Assembly (NCBI GenBank): GCA_964057225.1
Contig: OZ059894.1
Location: 2,790,001 to 2,854,000, forward strand
Length of the DNA: 64,000 nucleotides
Origin: Auanema rhodensis
Taxonomy: Eukaryota > Animalia > Nematoda
Direction of reading: 5' to 3'
Part shown: piece after piece, positions 12,301 through 25,452 of the stretch
Layout: each line of letters begins with the position of its first letter
Numbering within the stretch: the first letter of the stretch is position 1
Translations under genes and position numbers: made by a program
The notes under the pieces: model-generated
Told to the model about the DNA's origin: nothing
The model's database searches: none
What the model saw: the letters and a program-made list of their open reading frames with translations, nothing else

Positions 12301-15300
12301 AATGCACTATACTACATTGAGAAACGCTTAATACAAAAATTAGTTATGATCGTTTGAAAAATGATGCATTAGTGTATATTGAGTTTCCATGTACAATCAA
12401 CATTGCTTCCAAAAACATTTTGACAAAAATTTTTTCGAAAAATTTCAAAATAATTTAGCAAAAAGTAGATGTTTTTAGATTTCTTTTTTCAAGGCAAAGA
12501 CGATGGACATTGTTATTCAACGAAAAAATTAATTCTTCAGGGTGAAAATAGAGGATATAAGTGTGAACATATATCAGTTGATATCTCGGTGCATTTTTAA
12601 GCTAGCGCAAATCTGATAACACAGATCGACGCAGCTTAAAAATCTGCATCGAATGCACTATACTACATGGAGAAACGCTTAATACAAAAATTAGTTATGA
12701 TCGTTTGAAAAATGATGCATTAGTGTATGTTGAGTTTCCATGTACACTCAACATTGCTTCCAAAAACATTTTGACAAAAATTTTTTCGAAAAATTTCAAA
12801 ATAATTTAGCAAAAAGTAGATGTTTTTAGATTTCTTTTTTCAAGGCAAAGACGATGGACATTGTTATTCAACGAAAAAATTAATTCTTCAGGGTGAAAAT
12901 AGAGGATATAAGTGTGAACATATATCAGTTGATATCTCGGTGCATTTTTAAGCTAGCGCAAATCTGATAACACAGATCGACGCAGCTTAAAAATCTGCAT
13001 CGAATGCACTATACTACATGGAGAAACGCTTAATACAAAAATTAGTTATGATCGTTTGAAAAATGATGCATTAGTGTATGTTGAGTTTCCATGTACACTC
13101 AACATTGCTTCCAAAAACATTTTGACAAAAATTTTTTCGAAAAATTTCGAAATAATTTAGCAAAAAGTAGATGTTTTTAGATTCCTTTTTTCAAGGCGAA
13201 GACGATGGACATTGTTATTCAACGAAAAAATTAATTCTTCAGGGTGAAAATCGAGGATATAAGTGTGAACTTATATCAGTTGATATCTCGGTGCATTTTT
13301 AAGCTAGCGCAAATCTGATAACACAGATCGATGCAGCTTAAAAATCCGCATCGAATGCACTATACTACATTGAGAAACGCTTAATACAAAAATTAGTTAT
13401 GATCGTTTGAAAAATGATGCATTAGTGTATGTTGAGTTTCCATGTACACTCAACATTGCTTCCAAAAACATTTAGACAAAAATTTTTTCGAAAAATTTCA
13501 AAATAATTTAGCAAAAAGTAGATGTTTTTAGATTCCTTTTTTCAAGGCAAAGACGATGGACATTGTTATTCAACGAAAAAATTAATTCTTCAGGGTGAAA
13601 ATCGAGGATATAAGTGTGAACTTATATCAGTTGATATCTCGGTGCATTTTTAAGCTAGCGCAAATCTGATAACACAGATCGATGCAGCTTAAAAATCCGC
13701 ATCGAATGCACTATACTACATTGAGAAACGCTTAATACAAAAATTAGTTATGATCGTTTGAAAAATGATGCATTAGTGTATATTGAGTTTCCATGTACAA
13801 TCAACATTGCTTCCAAAAACATTTTGACAAAAATTTTTTCGAAAAATTTCAAAATAATTTAGCAAAAAGTAGATGTTTTTAGATTTCTTTTTTCAAGGCA
13901 AAGACGATGGACATTGTTATTCAACGAAAAAATTAATTCTTCAGGGTGAAAATCGAGGATATAAGTGTGAACTTATATCAGTTGATATCTCGGTGCATTT
14001 TTAAGCTAGCGCAAATCTGATAACACAGATCGACGCAGCTTAAAAATCTGCATCGAATGCACTATACTACATTGAGAAACGCTTAATACAAAAATTAGTT
14101 ATGATCGTTTGAAAAATGATGCATTAGTGTATGTTGAGTTTCCATGTACACTCAACATTGCTTCCAAAAACATTTTGACAAAAATTTTTTCGAAAAATTT
14201 CAAAATAATTTAGCAAAAAGTAGATGTTTTTAGATTTCTTTTTTCAAGGCAAAGACGATGGACATTGTTATTCAACGAAAAAATTAATTCTTCAGGGTGA
14301 AAATCGAGGATATAAGTGTGAACTTATATCAGTTGATATCTCGGTGCATTTTTAAGCTAGCGCAAATCTGATAACACAGATCGATGCAGCTTAAAAATCC
14401 GCATCGAATGCACTATACTACATTGAGAAACGCTCAATACAAAAATTAGTTATGATCGTTTGAAAAATGATGCATTAGTGTATGTTGAGTTTCCATGTAC
14501 AATCAACATTGCTTCCAAAAACATTTTGACAAAAATTTTTTCGAAAAATTTCAAAATAATTTAGCAAAAAGTAGATGTTTTTAGATTTCTTTTTTCAAGG
14601 CAAAGACGATGGACATTGTTATTCAACGAAAAAATTAATTCTTCAGGGTGAAAATCGAGGATATAAGTGTGAACTTATATCAGTTGATATCTCGGTGCAT
14701 TTTTAAGCTAGCGCAAATCTGATAACACAGATCGATGCAGCTTAAAAATCCGCATCGAATGCACTATACTACATTGAGAAACGCTTAATACAAAAATTAG
14801 TTATGATCGTTTGAAAAATGATGCATTAGTGTATGTTGAGTTTCCATGTACACTCAACATTGCTTCCAAAAACATTTAGACAAAAATTTTTTCGAAAAAT
14901 TTCGAAATAATTTAGCAAAAAGTAGATATTTTTAGATTCCTTTTTTCAAGGCGAAGACGATGGACATTGTTATTCAACGAAAAAATTAATTCTTCAGGGT
15001 GAAAATCGAGGATATAAGTGTGAACTTATATCAGTTGATATCTCGGTGCATTTTTAAGCTAGCGCAAATCTGATAACACAGATCGATGCAGCTTAAAAAT
15101 CCGCATCGAATGCACTATACTACATTGAGAAACGCTCAATACAAAAATTAGTTATGATCGTTTGAAAAATGATGCATTAGTGTATGTTGAGTTTCCATGT
15201 ACAATCAACATTGCTTCCAAAAACATTTTGACAAAAATTTTTTCGAAAAATTTCAAAATAATTTAGCAAAAAGTAGATGTTTTTAGATTTCTTTTTTCAA

Positions 15301-18300
15301 GGCAAAGACGATGGACATTGTTATTCAACGAAAAAATTAATTCTTCAGGGTGAAAATCGAGGATATAAGTGTGAACTTATATCAGTTGATATCTCGGTGC
15401 ATTTTTAAGCTAGCGCAAATCTGATAACACAGATCGATGCAGCTTAAAAATCCGCATCGAATGCACTATACTACATTGAGAAACGCTTAATACAAAAATT
15501 AGTTATGATCGTTTGAAAAATGATGCATTAGTGTATGTTGAGTTTCCATGTACACTCAACATTGCTTCCAAAAACATTTAGACAAAAATTTTTTCGAAAA
15601 ATTTCGAAATAATTTAGCAAAAAGTAGATGTTTTTAGATTCCTTTTTTCAAGGCGAAGACGATGGACATTGTTATTCAACGAAAAAATTAATTCTTCAGG
15701 GTGAAAATAGAGGATATAAGTGTGAACATATATCAGTTGATATCTCGGTGCATTTTTAAGCTAGCGCAAATCTGATAACACAGATCGACGCAGCTTAAAA
15801 ATCTGCATCGAATGCACTATACTACATGGAGAAACGCTTAATACAAAAATTAGTTATGATCGTTTGAAAAATGATGCATTAGTGTATGTTGAGTTTCCAT
15901 GTACACTCAACATTGCTTCCAAAAACATTTTGACAAAAATTTTTTCGAAAAATTTCGAAATAATTTAGCAAAAAGTAGATGTTTTTAGATTCCTTTTTTC
16001 AAGGCAAAGACGATGGACATTGTTATTCAACGAAAAAATTAATTCTTCAGGGTGAAAATCGAGGATATAAGTGTGAACTTATATCAGTTGATATCTCGGT
16101 GCATTTTTAAGCTAGCGCAAATCTGATAACACAGATCGATGCAGCTTAAAAATCCGCATCGAATGCACTATACTACATTGAGAAACGCTTAATACAAAAA
16201 TTAGTTATGATCGTTTGAAAAATGATGCATTAGTGTATGTTGAGTTTCCATGTACACTCAACATTGCTTCCAAAAACATTTAGACAAAAATTTTTTCGAA
16301 AAATTTCAAAATAATTTAGCAAAAAGTAGATGTTTTTAGATTCCTTTTTTCAAGGCAAAGACGATGGACATTGTTATTCAACGAAAAAATTAATTCTTCA
16401 GGGTGAAAATCGAGGATATAAGTGTGAACTTATATCAGTTGATATCTCGGTGCATTTTTAAGCTAGCGCAAATCTGATAACACAGATCGATGCAGCTTAA
16501 AAATCCGCATCGAATGCACTATACTACATTGAGAAACGCTTAATACAAAAATTAGTTATGATCGTTTGAAAAATGATGCATTAGTGTATATTGAGTTTCC
16601 ATGTACAATCAACATTGCTTCCAAAAACATTTTGACAAAAAATTTTTCGAAAAATTTCAAAATAATTTAGCAAAAAGTAGATGTTTTTAGATTCCTTTTT
16701 TCAAGGCAAAGACGATGGACATTGTTATTCAACGAAAAAATTAATTCTTCAGGGTGAAAATCGAGGATATAAGTGTGAACTTATATCAGTTGATATCTCG
16801 GTGCATTTTTAAGCTAGCGCAAATCTGATAACACAGATCGATGCAGCTTAAAAATCCGCATCGAATGCACTATACTACATTGAGAAACGCTTAATACAAA
16901 AATTAGTTATGATCGTTTGAAAAATGATGCATTAGTGTATATTGAGTTTCCATGTACAATCAACATTGCTTCCAAAAACATTTTGACAAAAAATTTTTCG
17001 AAAAATTTCAAAATAATTTAGCAAAAAGTAGATGTTTTTAGATTTCTTTTTTCAAGGCAAAGACGATGGACATTGTTATTCAACGAAAAAATTAATTCTT
17101 CAGGGTGAAAATCGAGGATATAAGTGTGAACTTATATCAGTTGATATCTCGGTGCATTTTTAAGCTAGCGCAAATCTGATAACACAGATCGACGCAGCTT
17201 AAAAATCTGCATCGAATGCACTATACTACATTGAGAAACGCTTAATACAAAAATTAGTTATGATCGTTTGAAAAATGATGCATTAGTGTATGTTGAGTTT
17301 CCATGTACACTCAACATTGCTTCCAAAAACATTTTGACAAAAATTTTTTCGAAAAATTTCAAAATAATTTAGCAAAAAGTAGATGTTTTTAGATTTCTTT
17401 TTTCAAGGCAAAGACGATGGACATTGTTATTCAACGAAAAAATTAATTCTTCAGGGTGAAAATCGAGGATATAAGTGTGAACTTATATCAGTTGATATCT
17501 CGGTGCATTTTTAAGCTAGCGCAAATCTGATAACACAGATCGATGCAGCTTAAAAATCCGCATCGAATGCACTATACTACATTGAGAAACGCTTAATACA
17601 AAAATTAGTTATGATCGTTTGAAAAATGATGCATTAGTGTATGTTGAGTTTCCATGTACACTCAACATTGCTTCCAAAAACATTTAGACAAAAATTTTTT
17701 CGAAAAATTTCGAAATAATTTAGCAAAAAGTAGATATTTTTAGATTCCTTTTTTCAAGGCGAAGACGATGGACATTGTTATTCAACGAAAAAATTAATTC
17801 TTCAGGGTGAAAATCGAGGATATAAGTGTGAACTTATATCAGTTGATATCTCGGTGCATTTTTAAGCTAGCGCAAATCTGATAACACAGATCGATGCAGC
17901 TTAAAAATCCGCATCGAATGCACTATACTACATTGAGAAACGCTCAATACAAAAATTAGTTATGATCGTTTGAAAAATGATGCATTAGTGTATGTTGAGT
18001 TTCCATGTACAATCAACATTGCTTCCAAAAACATTTTGACAAAAATTTTTTCGAAAAATTTCAAAATAATTTAGCAAAAAGTAGATGTTTTTAGATTTCT
18101 TTTTTCAAGGCAAAGACGATGGACATTGTTATTCAACGAAAAAATTAATTCTTCAGGGTGAAAATCGAGGATATAAGTGTGAACTTATATCAGTTGATAT
18201 CTCGGTGCATTTTTAAGCTAGCGCAAATCTGATAACACAGATCGATGCAGCTTAAAAATCCGCATCGAATGCACTATACTACATTGAGAAACGCTTAATA

Positions 18301-21056
18301 CAAAAATTAGTTATGATCGTTTGAAAAATGATGCATTAGTGTATGTTGAGTTTCCATGTACACTCAACATTGCTTCCAAAAACATTTAGACAAAAATTTT
18401 TTCGAAAAATTTCGAAATAATTTAGCAAAAAGTAGATGTTTTTAGATTCCTTTTTTCAAGGCGAAGACGATGGACATTGTTATTCAACGAAAAAATTAAT
18501 TCTTCAGGGTGAAAATAGAGGATATAAGTGTGAACATATATCAGTTGATATCTCGGTGCATTTTTAAGCTAGCGCAAATCTGATAACACAGATCGACGCA
18601 GCTTAAAAATCTGCATCGAATGCACTATACTACATGGAGAAACGCTTAATACAAAAATTAGTTATGATCGTTTGAAAAATGATGCATTAGTGTATGTTGA
18701 GTTTCCATGTACACTCAACATTGCTTCCAAAAACATTTTGACAAAAATTTTTTCGAAAAATTTCGAAATAATTTAGCAAAAAGTAGATGTTTTTAGATTC
18801 CTTTTTTCAAGGCAAAGACGATGGACATTGTTATTCAACGAAAAAATTAATTCTTCAGGGTGAAAATCGAGGATATAAGTGTGAACTTATATCAGTTGAT
18901 ATCTCGGTGCATTTTTAAGCTAGCGCAAATCTGATAACACAGATCGATGCAGCTTAAAAATCCGCATCGAATGCACTATACTACATTGAGAAACGCTTAA
19001 TACAAAAATTAGTTATGATCGTTTGAAAAATGATGCATTAGTGTATGTTGAGTTTCCATGTACACTCAACATTGCTTCCAAAAACATTTAGACAAAAATT
19101 TTTTCGAAAAATTTCAAAATAATTTAGCAAAAAGTAGATGTTTTTAGATTCCTTTTTTCAAGGCAAAGACGATGGACATTGTTATTCAACGAAAAAATTA
19201 ATTCTTCAGGGTGAAAATCGAGGATATAAGTGTGAACTTATATCAGTTGATATCTCGGTGCATTTTTAAGCTAGCGCAAATCTGATAACACAGATCGATG
19301 CAGCTTAAAAATCCGCATCGAATGCACTATACTACATTGAGAAACGCTTAATACAAAAATTAGTTATGATCGTTTGAAAAATGATGCATTAGTGTATATT
19401 GAGTTTCCATGTACAATCAACATTGCTTCCAAAAACATTTTGACAAAAAATTTTTCGAAAAATTTCAAAATAATTTAGCAAAAAGTAGATGTTTTTAGAT
19501 TTCTTTTTTCAAGGCAAAGACGATGGACATTGTTATTCAACGAAAAAATTAATTCTTCAGGGTGAAAATCGAGGATATAAGTGTGAACTTATATCAGTTG
19601 ATATCTCGGTGCATTTTTAAGCTAGCGCAAATCTGATAACACAGATCGACGCAGCTTAAAAATCTGCATCGAATGCACTATACTACATTGAGAAACGCTT
19701 AATACAAAAATTAGTTATGATCGTTTGAAAAATGATGCATTAGTGTATGTTGAGTTTCCATGTACACTCAACATTGCTTCCAAAAACATTTTGACAAAAA
19801 TTTTTTCGAAAAATTTCAAAATAATTTAGCAAAAAGTAGATGTTTTTAGATTTCTTTTTTCAAGGCAAAGACGATGGACATTGTTATTCAACGAAAAAAT
19901 TAATTCTTCAGGGTGAAAATCGAGGATATAAGTGTGAACTTATATCAGTTGATATCTCGGTGCATTTTTAAGCTAGCGCAAATCTGATAACACAGATCGA
20001 TGCAGCTTAAAAATCCGCATCGAATGCACTATACTACATTGAGAAACGCTCAATACAAAAATTAGTTATGATCGTTTGAAAAATGATGCATTAGTGTATG
20101 TTGAGTTTCCATGTACAATCAACATTGCTTCCAAAAACATTTTGACAAAAATTTTTTCGAAAAATTTCAAAATAATTTAGCAAAAAGTAGATGTTTTTAG
20201 ATTTCTTTTTTCAAGGCAAAGACGATGGACATTGTTATTCAACGAAAAAATTAATTCTTCAGGGTGAAAATCGAGGATATAAGTGTGAACTTATATCAGT
20301 TGATATCTCGGTGCATTTTTAAGCTAGCGCAAATCTGATAACACAGATCGATGCAGCTTAAAAATCCGCATCGAATGCACTATACTACATTGAGAAACGC
20401 TTATTACAAAAATTAGTTATGATCGTTTGAAAAATGATGCATTAGTGTATGTTGAGTTTCCATGTACACTCAACATTGCTTCCAAAAACATTTAGACAAA
20501 AATTTTTTCGAAAAATTTCGAAATAATTTAGCAAAAAGTAGATGTTTTTAGATTCCTTTTTTCAAGGCGAAGACGATGGACATTGTTATTCAACGAAAAA
20601 ATTAATTCTTCAGGGTGAAAATAGAGGATATAAGTGTGAACATATATCAGTTGATATCTCGGTGCATTTTTAAGCTAGCGCAAATCTGATAACACAGATC
20701 GATGCAGCTTAAAAATCCGCATCGAATGCACTATACTACATTGAGAAACGCTTATTACAAAAATTAGTTATGATCGTTTGAAAAATGATGCATTAGTGTA
20801 TGTTGAGTTTCCATGTACACTCAACATTGCTTCCAAAAACATTTAGACAAAAATTTTTTCGAAAAATTTCGAAATAATTTAGCAAAAAGTAGATGTTTTT
20901 AGATTCCTTTTTTCAAGGCGAAGACGATGGACATTGTTATTCAACGAAAAAATTAATTCTTCAGGGTGAAAATAGAGGATATAAGTGTGAACATATATCA
21001 GTTGATATCTCGGTGCATTTTTAAGCTAGCGCAAATCTGATAACACAGATCGACGC
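6319..21056 (+). repeat. Subfamily A higher-order repeat: 6-mer core (c-d-e-f-g-h) with 8-mer derivatives
   Basis: SNP-defined monomer types recur in order. Monomers 28-35 (9478-12285) match monomers 38-45 (12988-15795) at an offset of 3510. The GATATT variant occurs at about 11418, 14928 and 17736. Confidence 0.85.
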
Positions 21057-21066
21057 GAAGCAATGT
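21051..21066. other. Orientation-switch (inversion or fold-back) junction at 21056/21057
   Basis: ...CAGATCGACGC (forward, monomer position 347) is joined directly to GAAGCAATGTTGAG... (reverse complement starting at monomer position 124). No inserted bases and no overlap. Confidence 0.97.
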
Positions 21067-23591
21067 TGAGTGTACATGGAAACTCAACATACACTAATGC
21101 ATCATTTTTCAAACGATCATAACTAATTTTTGTATTAAGCGTTTCTCCATGTAGTATAGTGCATTCGATGCAGATTTTTAAGCTGCGTCGATCTGTGTTA
21201 TCAGATTTGCGCTAGCTTAAAAATGCACCGAGATATCAACTGATATATGTTCACACTTATATCCTCTATTTTCACCCTGAAGAATTAATTTTTTCGTTGA
21301 ATAACAATGTCCATCGTCTTCGCCTTGAAAAAAGGAATCTAAAAACATCTACTTTTTGCTAAATTATTTCGAAATTTTTCGAAAAAATTTTTGTCTAAAT
21401 GTTTTTGGAAGCAATGTTGAGTGTACATGGAAACTCAACATACACTAATGCATCATTTTTCAAACGATCATAACTAATTTTTGTATTAAGCGTTTCTCAA
21501 TGTAGTATAGTGCATTCGATGCGGATTTTTAAGCTGCATCGATCTGTGTTATCAGATTTGCGCTAGCTTAAAAATGCACCGAGATATCAACTGATATAAG
21601 TTCACACTTATATCCTCGATTTTCACCCTGAAGAATTAATTTTTTCGTTGAATAACAATGTCCATCGTCTTTGCCTTGAAAAAAGAAATCTAAAAACATC
21701 TACTTTTTGCTAAATTATTTTGAAATTTTTCGAAAAAATTTTTGTCAAAATGTTTTTGGAAGCAATGTTGATTGTACATGGAAACTCAACATACACTAAT
21801 GCATCATTTTTCAAACGATCATAACTAATTTTTGTATTGAGCGTTTCTCAATGTAGTATAGTGCATTCGATGCGGATTTTTAAGCTGCATCGATCTGTGT
21901 TATCAGATTTGCGCTAGCTTAAAAATGCACCGAGATATCAACTGATATAAGTTCACACTTATATCCTCGATTTTCACCCTGAAGAATTAATTTTTTCGTT
22001 GAATAACAATGTCCATCGTCTTTGCCTTGAAAAAAGAAATCTAAAAACATCTACTTTTTGCTAAATTATTTTGAAATTTTTCGAAAAAATTTTTGTCAAA
22101 ATGTTTTTGGAAGCAATGTTGAGTGTACATGGAAACTCAACATACACTAATGCATCATTTTTCAAACGATCATAACTAATTTTTGTATTAAGCGTTTCTC
22201 AATGTAGTATAGTGCATTCGATGCAGATTTTTAAGCTGCGTCGATCTGTGTTATCAGATTTGCGCTAGCTTAAAAATGCACCGAGATATCAACTGATATA
22301 AGTTCATACTTATATCCTCGATTTTCACCCTGAAGAATTAATTTTTTCGTTGAATAACAATGTCCATCGTCTTTGCCTTGAAAAAAGAAATCTAAAAACA
22401 TCTACTTTTTGCTAAATTATTTTGAAATTTTTCGAAAAAATTTTTGTCAAAATGTTTTTGGAAGCAATGTTGATTGTACATGGAAACTCAATATACACTA
22501 ATGCATCATTTTTCAAACGATCATAACTAATTTTTGTATTAAGCGTTTCTCAATGTAGTATAGTGCATTCGATGCGGATTTTTAAGCTGCATCGATCTGT
22601 GTTATCAGATTTGCGCTAGCTTAAAAATGCACCGAGATATCAACTGATATAAGTTCACACTTATATCCTCGATTTTCACCCTGAAGAATTAATTTTTTCG
22701 TTGAATAACAATGTCCATCGTCTTTGCCTTGAAAAAAGGAATCTAAAAACATCTACTTTTTGCTAAATTATTTTGAAATTTTTCGAAAAAATTTTTGTCT
22801 AAATGTTTTTGGAAGCAATGTTGAGTGTACATGGAAACTCAACATACACTAATGCATCATTTTTCAAACGATCATAACTAATTTTTGTATTAAGCGTTTC
22901 TCAATGTAGTATAGTGCATTCGATGCGGATTTTTAAGCTGCATCGATCTGTGTTATCAGATTTGCGCTAGCTTAAAAATGCACCGAGATATCAACTGATA
23001 TAAGTTCACACTTATATCCTCGATTTTCACCCTGAAGAATTAATTTTTTCGTTGAATAACAATGTCCATCGTCTTCGCCTTGAAAAAAGGAATCTAAAAA
23101 CATCTACTTTTTGCTAAATTATTTCGAAATTTTTCGAAAAAATTTTTGTCAAAATGTTTTTGGAAGCAATGTTGAGTGTACATGGAAACTCAACATACAC
23201 TAATGCATCATTTTTCAAACGATCATAACTAATTTTTGTATTAAGCGTTTCTCCATGTAGTATAGTGCATTCGATGCAGATTTTTAAGCTGCGTCGATCT
23301 GTGTTATCAGATTTGCGCTAGCTTAAAAATGCACCGAGATATCAACTGATATATGTTCACACTTATATCCTCTATTTTCACCCTGAAGAATTAATTTTTT
23401 CGTTGAATAACAATGTCCATCGTCTTCGCCTTGAAAAAAGGAATCTAAAAACATCTACTTTTTGCTAAATTATTTCGAAATTTTTCGAAAAAATTTTTGT
23501 CTAAATGTTTTTGGAAGCAATGTTGAGTGTACATGGAAACTCAACATACACTAATGCATCATTTTTCAAACGATCATAACTAATTTTTGTA
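21057..23591 (-). repeat. Inverted subfamily A block (about 7.2 monomers)
   Basis: Reverse-complement monomers keep A markers: AACAATGTCC, CTTCGCC, CTCTAT, ATATGT, GTCTAAA, GATTGTAC and CTCCAT. Read on the minus strand, the haplotype order is c-d-e-f-g-h-c-d(partial). Confidence 0.95.
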
Positions 23592-23651
23592 CATGGAAAC
23601 TCAACATACACTAATGCATCATTTTTCAAACGATCATAACTAATTTTTGTA
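23528..23651. repeat. 60-bp direct duplication with TGTA microhomology, giving one 411-bp monomer at the A/B boundary
   Basis: 23528-23587 equals 23588-23647 (TGTACATGGAAAC...CATAACTAATTTT). TGTA occurs at 23528, 23588 and 23648. Array phase shifts by +60. Confidence 0.97.
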
Positions 23652-25452
23652 TTGAGCGTTTTTCAATGTAGTATAGTGCATTCGATGCGGATTTTTAAGC
23701 TGCGTCGATCTGTGTTATCAGATTTGCGCTAGCTGAAAAATGCACCGAGATATCATCTGATATAAGTTCACACTTATATCCTCGATTTTCACCCTGAAGA
23801 ATTAATTTTTTCGTTGAATAACATTGTCCATCGTCTTTGCCTTGAAAAAAGGAATCTAAAAACATCTACTTTTTGCTAAATTATTTCGAAATTTTTCGAA
23901 AAAATTTTTGTCAAAATGTTTTTGGAAGCAATGTTGAGTGTACATGGAAACTCAACATACACTAATGCATCATTTTTCAAACGATCATAACTAATTTTTG
24001 TATTGAGCGTTTTTCAATGTAGTATAGTGCTTTCGATGCGGATTTTTAAGCTGCGTCGATCTGTGTTATCAGATTTGCGCTAGCTTAAAAATGCACCGAG
24101 ATATCAACTGATATAAGTTCACACTTATATCCTCGATTTTCACCCTGAAGAATTAATTTTTTCGTTGAAAAACATTGTCCATCGTCTTTGCCTTGAAAAA
24201 AGGAATCTAAAAACATCTACTTTTTGCTAAATTATCTTGAAATTTTTCGAAAAAATTTTTGTCAAAATGTTTTTGGAAGCAATGTTGAGTGTACATGGAA
24301 ACTCAACATACACTAATGCATCATTTTTCAAACGATCATAACTAATTTTTGTATTGAGCGTTTTTCAATGTAGTAAAGTGCATTCGATGCGGATTTTCAA
24401 CCTGCGTCGATCTGTGTTATCAGATTTGCGCTAGCTTAAAAATGCACCGAGATATCAACTGATATAAGTTCACACTTATATCCTCGATTTTCACCCTGAA
24501 GAATTAATTTTTTCGTTGAAAAACATTGTCCATCGTCTTTGCCTTGAAAAAAGGAATCTAAAAACATCTACTTTTTGCTAAATTATCTTGAAATTTTTCG
24601 AAAAAATTTTTGTCAAAATGTTTTTGGAAGCAATGTTGAGTGTACATGGAAACTCAACATACACTAATGCATCATTTTTCAAACGATCATAACTAATTTT
24701 TGTATTGAGCGTTTTTCAATGTAGTATAGTGCTTTCGATGCGGATTTTTAAGCTGCGTCGATCTGTGTTATCAGATTTGCGCTAGCTTAAAAATGCACCG
24801 AGATATCAACTGATATAAGTTCACACTTATATCCTCGATTTTCACCCTGAAGAATTAATTTTTTCGTTGAATAACATTGTCCATCGTCTTTGCCTTGAAA
24901 AAAGGAATCTAAAAACATCTACTTTTTGCTAAATTATTCCGAAATTTTTCGAAAAAATTTTTGTCAAAATGTTTTTGGAAGCAATGTTGAGTGTACATGG
25001 AAACTCAACATACACTAATGCATCATTTTTCAAACGATCATAATTAATTTTTGTATTAAACGTTTCTCAATGTAGTATAGTGCATTCGATGCGGATTTTC
25101 AAGCTGCGTCGATCTGTGTTATCAGATTTGCGCTAGCTTAAAAATGCACCGAGATATCAACTGATATAAGTTCACACTTATATCCTCGATTTTCACCCCG
25201 AAGAATTAATTTTTTCGTTGAAAAACATTGTCCATCGTCTTTGCCTTGAAGAAAGGAATCTAAAAACATCTACTTTTTGCTAAATTATCTTGAAATTTTT
25301 CGAAAAAATTTTTGTCAAAATGTTTTTGGAAGCAATGTTGAGTGTACATGGAAACTCAACATACACTAATGCATTATTTTTCAAACGATCATAACTAATT
25401 TTTGTATTAAGCGTTTTTCAATGTAGTATAGTGCATTCGATGCGGATTTTTA

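Larger units (their letters stand above)
1..21056 (+). repeat. Subfamily A forward block: 60 monomers, the last truncated at monomer position 347
   Basis: Phase is held at 351 bp from 1 to 20710. All copies read GGACATTGTT (T at monomer position 225). Segregating variants include ACAATC/ACACTC, TTTGA/TTAGA, GCAAAG/GCGAAG and ATCGAG/ATAGAG. Confidence 0.97.

Noticed and set aside
21057-23591. Inverted block as a transposon insertion or fold-back read artefact
   Set aside because: It has no foreign sequence or target-site duplication, and each arm carries its own private SNPs, which an artefactual copy would not.
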